Below, piece after piece: positions 34,935 through 44,894 of a stretch of DNA of 64,000 nt (position 1 is its first letter; each line of letters opens with the position of its first letter). Origin of the DNA: Sphingomonadales bacterium. Its GTDB lineage: Bacteria; Pseudomonadota; Alphaproteobacteria; Sphingomonadales; Sphingomonadaceae. The DNA lies in the NCBI GenBank assembly GCA_038228305.1, contig JBBRPI010000017.1:532-64531 (forward strand), written 5' to 3'. The position numbers and the translations under genes are program-made. Below the pieces are notes generated by a model. That model ran no database searches. It was not told the origin of the DNA and saw only the letters and a program-made list of their open reading frames with translations.

Positions 34935-35204
34935 ATGGCCGTGGTTTTCCGCTTTAGAAGCAGTGATCCTCGTCAGCGCACGATTATGAAGGTCGAAACC
35001 GTCGCCGATGCAGTCAACCATGTGATGCGAGTGCTCAACAGCAGAATGCGAAGTCGGCGGGAATACTGGACCTATGATCAGGAAGGCAGGCAGTTTCCGC
35101 TGGCTCGGGAACTCCGCGACACTCTGTCCAGGCATGGCACGGTGAAGCTTTATGATCGGGGCGGGGCTTACACGGATGACGCAGTGGAAATTTGTATCAT
35201 GTGA
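34935..35204 (+). CDS. Small hypothetical protein upstream of the RM system
   Basis: Strong AAGGAG RBS, 89 aa, no recognisable motif. Confidence 0.6.
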   Translation: MAVVFRFRSSDPRQRTIMKVETVADAVNHVMRVLNSRMRSRREYWTYDQEGRQFPLARELRDTLSRHGTVKLYDRGGAYTDDAVEICIM

Positions 35205-35343
35205 TGTGGTTCGCTGACTGCCTGCCGCTGGAATATTGGTGTTTGGATTGGCCTGAAAATCAGTGATAGTGCTTCGGCAACATGATCTCGCATTTGAGGC
35301 CGAAGCCGACAGTGCAAGATTGGTATGGGGAATTAATTGGCCA

Positions 35344-36510
35344 ATGCTGAGTTCAATCGAGCTGTTTGCCGGTGCAGGCGGGCTTGGGATGGGCATCAGC
35401 CAAGCCGGATTCGAGCCAGTGAAAATTGTTGAATGGGATAAATGGTGTTGCGACACCATAAGGCAAAACCGTCGTGCCGGCGTCGAGGCAATATCGAACT
35501 GGCCGGCGCCCACTCAAGGCGACATTCGCAAAATCAGCTTTGCCGGTTTTCAAAGCCAAATTGACCTTGTTTCGGGCGGCCCGCCCTGCCAGCCGTTTTC
35601 AATGGGCGGCAAGCATCGCGCCTATGATGACGACCGTGATATGTGGTCAGAGGCCGTTCGCGTAGTGCGTGAAGTGCGGCCCCGCGCATTTGTCTTTGAA
35701 AATGTCAAAGGACTGACTCGCGCGACCTTCGCTACCTATCTGTCCTACATTGTCCACCAGCTCAGCTATCCCGACATTGTTCGGAAGAACGATGACGATT
35801 GGTCTGCACATATGACGCGGTTGGAACGCCACCATACGTCGGGCGCTGGGACGGGGTTAGCATACAACGTCGTCTATCGCGTGCTCAATTCAGCCGATTA
35901 TGGTGTTCCGCAAAAACGCGAACGAGTCGTCTTTGTCGGATTTCGCAATGATCTTGGTATAGAATGGTCTTTCCCCAAAGCGACCCATTCACTTGAATCG
36001 CTTCTGTGGGAACAGTGCCATTCCGGCGACTATTGGGAACGGCATGAGATTTCTCGCGATGCGCGACCAGCCATTCGTTTTCACCGCCGTGGTGATATGC
36101 TCGCTAACCGCCCGTCGCTACTGCCATGGGGCACTGTAAGAGATGCGATTGGCGATTTGCCCGGCCCCGATCTGGATATTGAGCGCAGTGGGTGGCTGCA
36201 CAATCATCGCTTTCAAGCTGGCGCGCGCAGCTACGTCGGACACACCGGGAGCCCAATGGACGAGCCGGCAAAGACGTTGAAGGCCGGCGTCCACGGGGTT
36301 CCGGGTGGGGAAAATATGCTTTGCCGCGCTGACGGAAGTGTCCGCTATTTTACTGTCCGAGAGAGTGCTCGTTTACAGACTTTTCCGGACAGCTTTCGGC
36401 TGCATGGTTCATGGAGTGAATGCATGCGGCAGCTGGGTAACGCTGTACCTGTTCAATTGGCGAAAATAGTTGCCGAGAATGTAGCTAAGTGCCTTAATGT
36501 GGCGGAATGA
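35344..36510 (+). CDS. C5-cytosine DNA methyltransferase
   Basis: Motifs I (LFAGAGG), IV (GGPPCQPFS), VI (ENVKG), VIII (QKRERV), IX (RESARLQTFP) and X (LGNAVP). Confidence 0.96.
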   Translation: MLSSIELFAGAGGLGMGISQAGFEPVKIVEWDKWCCDTIRQNRRAGVEAISNWPAPTQGDIRKISFAGFQSQIDLVSGGPPCQPFSMGGKHRAYDDDRDMWSEAVRVVREVRPRAFVFENVKGLTRATFATYLSYIVHQLSYPDIVRKNDDDWSAHMTRLERHHTSGAGTGLAYNVVYRVLNSADYGVPQKRERVVFVGFRNDLGIEWSFPKATHSLESLLWEQCHSGDYWERHEISRDARPAIRFHRRGDMLANRPSLLPWGTVRDAIGDLPGPDLDIERSGWLHNHRFQAGARSYVGHTGSPMDEPAKTLKAGVHGVPGGENMLCRADGSVRYFTVRESARLQTFPDSFRLHGSWSECMRQLGNAVPVQLAKIVAENVAKCLNVAE

Positions 36511-37349
36511 GCCGAAATCCTTCAAGTATATCGGGCGTTGATAGCGCAATCGCGCAGCTTCAAGGGAATTTGGACAAGCTTGTTGAGCAGTCTGATTCTG
36601 CAGGTTTGGCAGCGAACAAGCGAAGGCCGGTTGAGAAGCAGATAAGGAAGATAATAACTCAGCTGTCTGGTCTGCTCGACAGGCTTGATCCTATACGACA
36701 GCCCACCGCGATTTTCGATCCCAGCAATCCTAAAATTATAGGCCGGTTTGTGTCGCTGGCGCTGGTGGCCCAGAGCCGGCACTCGCTTGGCGATATCGGC
36801 CAATTCTATGGATCGGGCGTTTATGCGATCTACTATACCGGGCCATATCATGCCTATCTGCCGATCAGTAAATCCGAAACTCCAATATATGTTGGGCAGG
36901 CGGCCCCGGCAATTCCCAGCGCACGAACGCCGATGGAGCAGGGCGCCAAATTGTGCAAGCGGTTGGCTGAACACGCGAAAAACATTGCGAAAGCTAATAC
37001 GACTTTATCGCTCGATGATTTCGAGTTTCGTTCACTTGTTGTGCAAAGTGGTTGGGAGTCAGCGGCCGAGGATTATCTGATTCACCTGTTTCGACCCATC
37101 TGGAATAGTGAGACGGATATCCTCTACGGACTCGGCAAGCATGGCGATGCCGCCACGACTCGGGCAAATAAGCGGTCGCCTTGGGACACGCTTCATCCAG
37201 GTCGAAAATGGGCGGCCGCCACAACTGAAGACGGACGCTCCGCTTCCCGAATTTCATCTGACTTGATGTCGCATTTTGCCTCCCATCGGGCCTTTCCAGA
37301 CATCGAAGCGGTTCTCACAAGCTTCATAGAAGAATTGCGGCAGGTTTAA
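36507..37349 (+). CDS. Eco29kI-family GIY-YIG restriction endonuclease
   Basis: GSGVYAIYY...IYVGQA, L.KRL.EH, AAEDYLI..FRPIWN, GLGKHGD, RSPWDTLHPGR; 4-nt overlap with the methyltransferase. Confidence 0.88.
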   Translation: MSRNPSSISGVDSAIAQLQGNLDKLVEQSDSAGLAANKRRPVEKQIRKIITQLSGLLDRLDPIRQPTAIFDPSNPKIIGRFVSLALVAQSRHSLGDIGQFYGSGVYAIYYTGPYHAYLPISKSETPIYVGQAAPAIPSARTPMEQGAKLCKRLAEHAKNIAKANTTLSLDDFEFRSLVVQSGWESAAEDYLIHLFRPIWNSETDILYGLGKHGDAATTRANKRSPWDTLHPGRKWAAATTEDGRSASRISSDLMSHFASHRAFPDIEAVLTSFIEELRQV

Positions 37350-37418
37350 GGTCGGGCGCGCTGCTTGGGCAGCCACTTCCCCCTCGCCCCGCACGCTTCC
37401 CCGCGCTATGCAGCGCGC

Positions 37419-38177
37419 ATGGGACGCAGACCGGTTACGAAAAATCATGGGCCAAAGAGCACATATCCGCGGCTATATGGTCGCCACGCGGTGTTTGCGG
37501 CGCTCGACAATCCTGAGCGGGTGTTTCGCAAGCTGTATGTGACGCATGCGACGGCCAAGACGATTATCATCCCCAAGGGGCTGGTGGTGCAATATGGCGA
37601 TGATGGCGATCTGGGCCGGCTGGTGCCGTCCGATGCGCCGCACCAGGGCTTTGTACTGGAGGTTGAACCGCTCGAATCGGTCTGGCTCGGCGACATATTG
37701 GGCGCAGCGCGAGAAGATGGCGAAAACCGCCCGATCATCGTCCTCGACCAGGTCACCGATCCGCACAATGTCGGCGCCATCATGCGCAGCGCCGCCGCCT
37801 TCAACGCCCGCGCGCTGGTAACGCAGGACCGCCACGCGCCCGGCGAATCGGGCGTGCTGGCGCGGTCAGCCTCGGGCGCGCTCGAAACTCTGCCATGGTG
37901 CCGCGTCGTCAACCTCGCCCGCGCGCTCGATGAAATCGGCGACGCCGGCTTCTGGCGCATCGGGTTGGACGGCACCGCCGAAACCGATCTGGAAACCGCG
38001 ATGGCCAAAACCCGGCCCTGCCTTATCCTGGGGGCCGAAGGCGAAGGCATGCGCGCGCTGACCCGCGAACGCTGCGACCAGCTGGCAAAACTGCCGATTT
38101 CGGCAGCGATGGAATCGCTGAATGTGTCCAACGCCGCCGCAATCGCGTTGTATGCGGCGGCCAGGCGCGGGCTTTGA
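37419..38177 (+). CDS. SPOUT/TrmH family RNA methyltransferase (RlmB-like)
   Basis: YGRHAV, HQG, LDQVTDPHNVGAIMRSA, LGAEGEG, ESLNVSNAAAI. Confidence 0.93.
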   Translation: MGRRPVTKNHGPKSTYPRLYGRHAVFAALDNPERVFRKLYVTHATAKTIIIPKGLVVQYGDDGDLGRLVPSDAPHQGFVLEVEPLESVWLGDILGAAREDGENRPIIVLDQVTDPHNVGAIMRSAAAFNARALVTQDRHAPGESGVLARSASGALETLPWCRVVNLARALDEIGDAGFWRIGLDGTAETDLETAMAKTRPCLILGAEGEGMRALTRERCDQLAKLPISAAMESLNVSNAAAIALYAAARRGL

Positions 38178-38557
38178 TCGACCCGCAGGTGCTCGCCAAC
38201 GCCTATACGGCGGCATGGAACACTGGCAATCCGACCGCCATAGCGGGGTTTTTCGCGAACGATGGTGCAATCACCATCAATGCGGGGACGCCCTGGCACG
38301 GCCGTGAAGGTGTCGCCGCGATGGCGGCCGAGTTCTTTGCCGACATTCCCGGCCTTGCGCTGCGCTGTGATGGCGTGCGCCGCGCCAATGCCCATCTTCT
38401 TTACCTGTGGACGTTCACCGGCACCCATGCGGCCTCTGGCAAGCCGGTGCACGTCATCGGCTGGGAAGAATGGCAACTCGGCGCCGACGGATTGATTGCG
38501 TCATCGCTCGGCTGGTTCGATGCCGACGATTACGCGCGCCAGACGGCGTTTCAATAA
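38174..38557 (+). CDS. SnoaL/NTF2-like protein
   Basis: YTAAWN, FFADIP, WTFTGTH, GWEEW pattern; overlaps the upstream stop. Confidence 0.85.
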   Translation: MIDPQVLANAYTAAWNTGNPTAIAGFFANDGAITINAGTPWHGREGVAAMAAEFFADIPGLALRCDGVRRANAHLLYLWTFTGTHAASGKPVHVIGWEEWQLGADGLIASSLGWFDADDYARQTAFQ

Positions 38558-39924
38558 CTCTCCGCCGCATAAGCCTTCGCCACATCGCCACCCCAGGCGC
38601 CGTTATACAGCGTCAGCATCCGGTCGGCGTTGGTGAGGCCGCTGGCGGCGATTTCGCGCAGCGGGTTAAGGAATCCCTGTTCGGTATCGCCCATCCGGTT
38701 CAGCCGTGCCCGGCGCGCCAGGCCCCGATCGGCGATTTCGAGCACTTGTTTCGCCAGATCCTGCAGCGTGCCGCCGTTCGGGCTGGCGGCCTGCAGGGCC
38801 AGGCGCGGCACTTCGGCGCGCAGCCGGTCATGGTCGGCATGGCTCCAAGCCTTGACCAATTGCCAGGCCGCATCGAGCGCGACATCGTCATACAGCAGCC
38901 CGACCCAGAACGCCGGCAGCGCGCAGATGCGATCCCAGCGCCCGCCATCGGCGCCGCGCATTTCAAGATAGCCCTTCAGGCGGACTTCTGGAAAAGCGGT
39001 CGACAGATGATCCTTCCAGTCACCCAGCTTGGGCTTTTCGCCGGGCAACACGCTCAGCTTGCCATCGATAAAATCCCGGAAACTCAGCCCCGCCGCATCG
39101 ATATATTTGCCGTCGCGATAGACAAAATACATCGGTACATCAAGGGCATAGTCGGTGTAGCGTTCAAAGCCAAAGCCGTCTTCAAACACGAATGGCAGCG
39201 TGCCGGTGCGGGCCGGATCGGTATCGGTCCAGATATGGCTGCGGAAGGATTTGAAGCCGTTGGGCTTGCCTTCGGTGAATGGCGAATTGGCGAACAGCGC
39301 CGTGGCCAGCGGCTGCAGCGCCATCGAGACGCGGAATTTCAGCACCATATCGGCTTCGCTGGCGTAATCCAGATTGGTCTGGATGGTGCAGGTGCGCAGC
39401 ATCATGTCGAGGCCGAGCTTGCCCACCCGCGGCATGTGCGAGCGCATGATGACATAACGGCCCTTTGGCATCACCGGCAGGTCGGCGCGCGCCTTGTCGG
39501 GCCAGAAACCCAGGCTGAGAAAGCCCAGCCCGAGCCGGTCACCGATTTCGCGGCACTGGGCGAGATGGCGGTTGGATTCGGCACAGGTCAGATGGATATT
39601 GTCCAGCGGTGCGCCTGACAGTTCAAACTGCCCAGCCGGTTCCAGGCTGACATTGCCGTCTGCACCCTTTAGCGCGATGACGTTTCCACCCTCAAAAATC
39701 GGTTCCCAGCCGAAATCTTCCATGCCTTTCAGCAAGTCACGAATGCCGCCGGGTTCGTCATACGACGGTGCGCGGTGATCGCCCTTGCGATAGACAAACT
39801 TTTCATGCTCGGTACCAATTCGCCAAGCGTCCACAGGCTTGTTGCCGTCTTCGAACACGCTGATGAGCTGTGCCCGGTTCTCGATGGGGGCGTCATCACC
39901 CGAGGTCGCGACTTTGTTGCTCAT
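38551..39924 (-). CDS. gshA: Glutamate-cysteine ligase (plant/alphaproteobacterial type)
   Basis: WRIGTEHEKF, SLEPAGQFELSG, MPKGRY, TCTIQTNLD, FANSPF, EVRLKGYLEMRGAD. Confidence 0.96.
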   Translation of the reverse strand: MSNKVATSGDDAPIENRAQLISVFEDGNKPVDAWRIGTEHEKFVYRKGDHRAPSYDEPGGIRDLLKGMEDFGWEPIFEGGNVIALKGADGNVSLEPAGQFELSGAPLDNIHLTCAESNRHLAQCREIGDRLGLGFLSLGFWPDKARADLPVMPKGRYVIMRSHMPRVGKLGLDMMLRTCTIQTNLDYASEADMVLKFRVSMALQPLATALFANSPFTEGKPNGFKSFRSHIWTDTDPARTGTLPFVFEDGFGFERYTDYALDVPMYFVYRDGKYIDAAGLSFRDFIDGKLSVLPGEKPKLGDWKDHLSTAFPEVRLKGYLEMRGADGGRWDRICALPAFWVGLLYDDVALDAAWQLVKAWSHADHDRLRAEVPRLALQAASPNGGTLQDLAKQVLEIADRGLARRARLNRMGDTEQGFLNPLREIAASGLTNADRMLTLYNGAWGGDVAKAYAAESY

Positions 39925-39972
39925 GGCACGCGGCATAGCCGGGCCGGGTGCGCGGCGCAATTGAGCCGGGCT

Positions 39973-40536
39973 TTAAATTCCCGCGACAGTCCGCTGGTTA
40001 TTGGCCGACGCCAGAAGCAGCAGTGCCGCGGCAAGGCACAGGTGCAGGATGACGACAGTGCTGAACGGCGCCGACTTGCCCCAGGCCGATGCCGCCATGC
40101 CAAGGGCGAGCAGGGTGCCGCCGGCGATGCCGCGCATATTTGGATGCTGGAACACGGTGAGCTCGACCACCAGCGCTGATATCAAAGCCACCGCCGGCGC
40201 CCACGGCGCAACCCCCAGCACGGTCGCGCCAACACCGACGCCGCCGAGCAGCAGCGCCGCGCGCACCGCCCCGGCCGGGCTAGCGGCGACGGGATCCTGC
40301 GGCCAGCGCAGCGCAAAGGCGAGCAGCGGAAACGCCGCCGCCATCGACACCAGTGAAGCAAAGCGATGTGCGCCGGCCAGCAAATCGGCGCCCAGATAAT
40401 GCAGCACGCCAAATGTGGCGGCAACGCCGATCAGCATGGCCGCCAGTGCCAGTCCCGGCCTATGGTTGCGGTGCGCCAGGATCAGCCAACCACAGGCCAG
40501 CGCCAGTATCATGTCGGACGCAGCATTGCCGATCAT
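39973..40536 (-). CDS. Small integral membrane protein
   Basis: About 6 hydrophobic segments; translationally coupled to the upstream desaturase-like gene. Confidence 0.75.
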   Translation of the reverse strand: MIGNAASDMILALACGWLILAHRNHRPGLALAAMLIGVAATFGVLHYLGADLLAGAHRFASLVSMAAAFPLLAFALRWPQDPVAASPAGAVRAALLLGGVGVGATVLGVAPWAPAVALISALVVELTVFQHPNMRGIAGGTLLALGMAASAWGKSAPFSTVVILHLCLAAALLLLASANNQRTVAGI

Positions 40537-41771
40537 TCGGCTGGCGCTGCAACCGCCGGACTGCGCAGCGACCGCAGCGTCCACGTCAGGCAATACAGCA
40601 GCGCCAGCACCATTGCGACGCGGGCCAGCAACGGTGTGGCGAGGGTAAACCATACCGGAAACAGCACGATGCCGACGATGACTGTCACCAGACGAATGGA
40701 TTCAAAGGCCCGGGCCCAACGCACCCTCTGCAACAACGCACCGATGGCGACCGCCGACCCCAGGATGATACCGGCATAGGCCAGCCGCGAAGCGGTCGTC
40801 AGCCCGGCCTGAACCACCAGAAAGTGGGCGAGCATCAGATTGATCGAGACATAATGGAGCAACGCATAGCGGCGCACATCGGCCGGTGTCTGGCGATCAT
40901 AGCGGGCAAAGCGTTCCGGATCGAACACGTCATCTGCGCCGGGATCACGCGCCCCATGCCAGCCACCCGGCGGCGCCAGCCAGACCTGCAGCTTGTTGCG
41001 CCAGCCGCGTTCAGCCCGCGCCTTTGCCGCCAGCTCGGCATAATAATGCACATTGGCCCATAACGGATTGAAGCTGTGCAGGGGTTTGCGAACGCCATAG
41101 ACGACCTTTTCGCCCCGGCGTTCATCGGCAAATGTGCCGAATATTCGATCCCAGATGATGAAGATTCCGCCGTAGTTTTTATCGATGCAATAATCGTTCT
41201 GGCCGTGGTGGACGCGGTGGTTTGACGGGGTCACAAAGACCCTTTCCATCCAGCCGAGCCGGCCGATCAATTCGGTATGCACCCAATATTGGTAAAGCAG
41301 ATCGATCAGGCCGACGACCGCCAGCATCGCCGGAGGCACCCCCAGAACGGCCAGTGGTAAATAGAAAATCCACCCGAACAGCCCGGTCGAGATCGACTGC
41401 CGCAGCGCCGTCGACAGGTTGTAATATTCGGAACTATGGTGGACGATATGCGCCGCCCACATCACGCTGACTTCATGGTTCAGGCGGTGGTTCCAGTAAT
41501 AACCCAGATCATAGAGCAACAGCGCCACCACCCACAGCGCCGGATTGTTCATTGGCCAGGCGACGACCGCAAACTTCTGGTAGGCCAGCACATAGATGGT
41601 GAAAGTGAGCAGTTTCACAAACACACCCGAAACCTGGCTGAGGATGCCCGAATGCAGGCTGGTCAGCGCGTCGGCAGTGTCATAACCCGTCAGCCCGCGC
41701 CGGCGCGCCAGCCATGCCTCACCCAGCATGGTCAGCAAGAACACCGGAAAGGCATAGAGGATCGGGTTCAT
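40533..41771 (-). CDS. Sterol desaturase / alkylglycerol monooxygenase-like di-iron membrane enzyme
   Basis: His boxes YYWNHRLNHE, WAAHIVHHSSE, WVHTE, SNHRVHHG; NYGGIFIIWDRIFGTF; C-terminal TM extension. Confidence 0.9.
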   Translation of the reverse strand: MNPILYAFPVFLLTMLGEAWLARRRGLTGYDTADALTSLHSGILSQVSGVFVKLLTFTIYVLAYQKFAVVAWPMNNPALWVVALLLYDLGYYWNHRLNHEVSVMWAAHIVHHSSEYYNLSTALRQSISTGLFGWIFYLPLAVLGVPPAMLAVVGLIDLLYQYWVHTELIGRLGWMERVFVTPSNHRVHHGQNDYCIDKNYGGIFIIWDRIFGTFADERRGEKVVYGVRKPLHSFNPLWANVHYYAELAAKARAERGWRNKLQVWLAPPGGWHGARDPGADDVFDPERFARYDRQTPADVRRYALLHYVSINLMLAHFLVVQAGLTTASRLAYAGIILGSAVAIGALLQRVRWARAFESIRLVTVIVGIVLFPVWFTLATPLLARVAMVLALLYCLTWTLRSLRSPAVAAPAE

Positions 41772-42009
41772 TTGAATCTCGCGCGCCGCATCGTCATGCA
41801 TTCTTAGGCCCAAAATCGCAGCGCCGCCAAGCCCGGCCAATGTCGCGCCCGGTCAAGGCCGGGCAGGATCCCGGCCTTGTGGAGGTGAGCAGCGGCGCCG
41901 CCCATACAACAAGGTTCCGCATCGGCTGGTCCTCCCCATCCTCTCTAAATCCAGCAATGCGTCTTTCAACCTCCAAGGCTAAGATGCTTTGGCAAACGGG
42001 AGTTGAAAC

Positions 42010-43752
42010 ATGCACGATATGGTCATCCGCGGCGGCACGATTGTCGATGGCAGCGGCGCGACGGCGTTCATCGGCGATGTGGCGATCGACAATGGCCTGA
42101 TCAGTGCCGTCGGGCGCGTGACGGCAAAGGGCCGGGAGGAAATCGACGCGGCTGGCCTGCATGTCACCCCCGGCTTTGTCGATATCCACACCCATTATGA
42201 TGGCCAGGCGACCTGGGATTCGGAAATGGCGCCCAGTGCCTGGCACGGTGTTACCACCGTCGTCATGGGCAATTGCGGCGTTGGTTTCGCACCCGCCAAG
42301 CCCGACAAGCACCAATGGCTGATCGGCCTGATGGAGGGGGTGGAGGATATTCCCGGCACCGCGCTCGCCGAAGGCATGGCGTGGAATTGGGAGACATTTC
42401 CCGAATATCTGGATGCGCTGGCTGAGCGGCCGCGCACCGTTGATGTGGCGACGCATGTGCCGCATGGCGCGGTGCGCGCCTATGTGATGGGCGAACGCGG
42501 GGCCAACAATGAAGCGCCGACAAGGCAGGAAATCGCGCAGATGAGCGCGATTGTGGAGGAAGGCCTGCGCGCCGGGGCATTGGGGTTTTCGACCAGCCGC
42601 ACGGTTCTGCACAAATCCATTGATGGCGTGCTGGTGCCGGGCACCACCGCGACCAAGGACGAATTGATCGGCATTGGCCGGGCAGTGGCGCGGGCCGGGC
42701 ATGGCGTGTTTGAAATGGCCAGCGATTTGAAGCGTGAATGGGATGAATTCGGCTGGATGGGTGCGTTGAGCCAGGAGACAGGCCTGCCGGTTACCTTTGC
42801 CATGCTGCAATCGATTGCCAAGGAATTGCCTTGGGAAGAACAAATGGCCGAAACGGCGGCCTGGAATGCCAAGGGGGCGAACATTGTCGCCCAGATCGCG
42901 CTGCGCGGCACCGGCATTTTGATGGCGTGGCGCGGCACCGTGCATCCGTTCAAGATGAAGCCATCCTGGGCGGCAATCGATGCGATGCCCTGGGACCAGC
43001 AATGGGCGCATATCTGTGACCCGGTATGGAAGGCGAAATTGCTGGCAGAAGACAGTGTTTTCCCCGAATCCGACGTGCTGCCGTTGCTGATGGCGGTCGC
43101 GCTGGGTTTTGGCCTGCAATACGGCATGGGCGAAGGCTTTGATTACGAACCCGGGCAGGCGGCAACCATCGAGGCACTGGCCAAGGCGGCGGGCAAGCCG
43201 GCGGCGGAGTACGCCTATGACCTGCTGACCGCAGGTGCGGGCACCGGCTTCATATATTTCCCGATTTTAAACTATGCCGATGGCAATCTGGATTTCATCG
43301 AAGGGTTGCTGAATCGCGACGACACGGTGATTTCACTTTCGGATGGCGGGGCGCACTGCGGCACCATCTGCGATGCCGCATCCCCCACGTTCCTGCTGCA
43401 GCATTGGGTGCGGGACCGGGCACGCGGGCGGATCACGATTGAAAACGCCATCAAAAGGCAGTGCAGCGATACAGCACGCCTGTATGGCATGAACGACCGC
43501 GGCCAGATTGCGCCGGGGATGCTGGCCGATATCAACCTGATCGACATGGCGCGGTTGAAACTGGGCGCGCCCTGGATGGCGTTCGATCTGCCCGCCGGTG
43601 GCAAGCGCCTGTTGCAAAAGGCAGAAGGTTATGTGGCGACGATCAAACGCGGCAAAATCACATTCCGCGACGGCGTGATGACGGGCGCGCTGCCCGGCGA
43701 GCTGGTGCGTGGCCCGCAGGCACAACCGATGGTGGCACTGGCGGCGGAATAA
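42010..43752 (+). CDS. N-acyl-D-amino-acid deacylase family amidohydrolase
   Basis: PGFVDIHTHYD, VVMGNCGVGFAP, GFSTSRT, SDGGAH, ADINLID. Confidence 0.9.
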   Translation: MHDMVIRGGTIVDGSGATAFIGDVAIDNGLISAVGRVTAKGREEIDAAGLHVTPGFVDIHTHYDGQATWDSEMAPSAWHGVTTVVMGNCGVGFAPAKPDKHQWLIGLMEGVEDIPGTALAEGMAWNWETFPEYLDALAERPRTVDVATHVPHGAVRAYVMGERGANNEAPTRQEIAQMSAIVEEGLRAGALGFSTSRTVLHKSIDGVLVPGTTATKDELIGIGRAVARAGHGVFEMASDLKREWDEFGWMGALSQETGLPVTFAMLQSIAKELPWEEQMAETAAWNAKGANIVAQIALRGTGILMAWRGTVHPFKMKPSWAAIDAMPWDQQWAHICDPVWKAKLLAEDSVFPESDVLPLLMAVALGFGLQYGMGEGFDYEPGQAATIEALAKAAGKPAAEYAYDLLTAGAGTGFIYFPILNYADGNLDFIEGLLNRDDTVISLSDGGAHCGTICDAASPTFLLQHWVRDRARGRITIENAIKRQCSDTARLYGMNDRGQIAPGMLADINLIDMARLKLGAPWMAFDLPAGGKRLLQKAEGYVATIKRGKITFRDGVMTGALPGELVRGPQAQPMVALAAE

Positions 43753-43780
43753 GGCGCGCTGCGAAACGACCGGAGGTGGG

Positions 43781-44674
43781 TTACGACAGTGTCGGCCCGG
43801 CAGACCCGCGCGCCATCGATGTCATCGATCGCATCATCAGATTGGCGTCGCCGCCATTGGCCAGCGCCGTTGGCCCGATATCGCGCCACAGATGGGCGCT
43901 GACGGCGGGCGGCACCGATCCGTCGGGCGCGATCGGATGTTCGGCGAGCAATTCTTCGTAGCGGGCATTGTCCGCTTCGGCATCACCCGACAGGTCACCG
44001 ACGCGTTCCAGCAGGCAGGCGGCCGCCACCGGCACGCCGCCGGCATCGGCCATGCAAGCCAGCGTGACGCCGTCCATCACATCGATACGCGGGCGGTGGA
44101 CCCGGTTGAAAATGGCAAAGATCGACCCGCCGGTGATCTGGTTTGTGGCGCAGCAGAACATTTGATCGCCCACCGCCATCGACCAGCCGACCAGCCGGCT
44201 GGAGAACAACCCGATGCGGAAGCGCAGCGGGCCATCGGCGCTTGCCTCCATGATAACATGATCATGGACGAACTTGCCGGGAAATTCGGGCACCGGGCGG
44301 GTGGTGCGCCAAAATCCTGCGATGGCGCGGCTGGCGGGGCCGCTGGCCAACGCCGATTCGCGAAATTTGCTCAGCGCAAGCCATTCATCAAAGCCCGACA
44401 GGATCAGGCGCGGTGCCGCGGTCAAGCTGATGCCGAAATTGGCCGCCAGATCGGCCAGCGGCATATCCCAGGCGTGCAGGGTAAATCCCGGCTGGCGCGT
44501 GGCGAAGTGCTGGGTCAACCGCGCCAGATTGTGCGACGATGGCACGACACTGCCGGCGCACCAGCGGCCAACCAGCGATTTGTCGACCCCCAGATCAGCA
44601 GCCAGCCGCCCCCGGCTCAGCGACAGTGCCTTTAGAATCAGCACCAGCCGTGCTGCAAACTCACCATCCCCCAC
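43781..44674 (-). CDS. XRE-type HTH regulator with an uncharacterised C-terminal domain
   Basis: LSRGRLAADLGVDKSLVGRW..G...P HTH at the N-terminus, followed by about 200 aa of beta-rich sequence. Confidence 0.85.
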   Translation of the reverse strand: MGDGEFAARLVLILKALSLSRGRLAADLGVDKSLVGRWCAGSVVPSSHNLARLTQHFATRQPGFTLHAWDMPLADLAANFGISLTAAPRLILSGFDEWLALSKFRESALASGPASRAIAGFWRTTRPVPEFPGKFVHDHVIMEASADGPLRFRIGLFSSRLVGWSMAVGDQMFCCATNQITGGSIFAIFNRVHRPRIDVMDGVTLACMADAGGVPVAAACLLERVGDLSGDAEADNARYEELLAEHPIAPDGSVPPAVSAHLWRDIGPTALANGGDANLMMRSMTSMARGSAGPTLS

Positions 44675-44755
44675 GGAAGAATTGCCCCCTTACCAAAGCG
44701 TAATACGCAGGCTTAACCATTGTCACTATCCGCTCGTCGCTGGCAACCCCAATCG

Positions 44756-44812
44756 TGCAACCGTTGCATGGCCAACATGCAACCGTTGCGCATTTCGGTG
44801 CGTGTTGTTGCA
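44756..44812. promoter_or_regulatory. Operator-like array with 22-bp phasing
   Basis: TGCAACCGTTGCA (44756), TGCAACCGTTGCG (44778) and a third half-site GTTGCA (44807); right half-sites start at 44763, 44785 and 44807. Confidence 0.7.
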
Positions 44813-44894
44813 CCTTTTGTCGCACCCCGCCGCCGCCTATCCAGTCGCCATGCCGCTGCCACCCGCAGACGGACAAATTCAGGGAAACATCATC

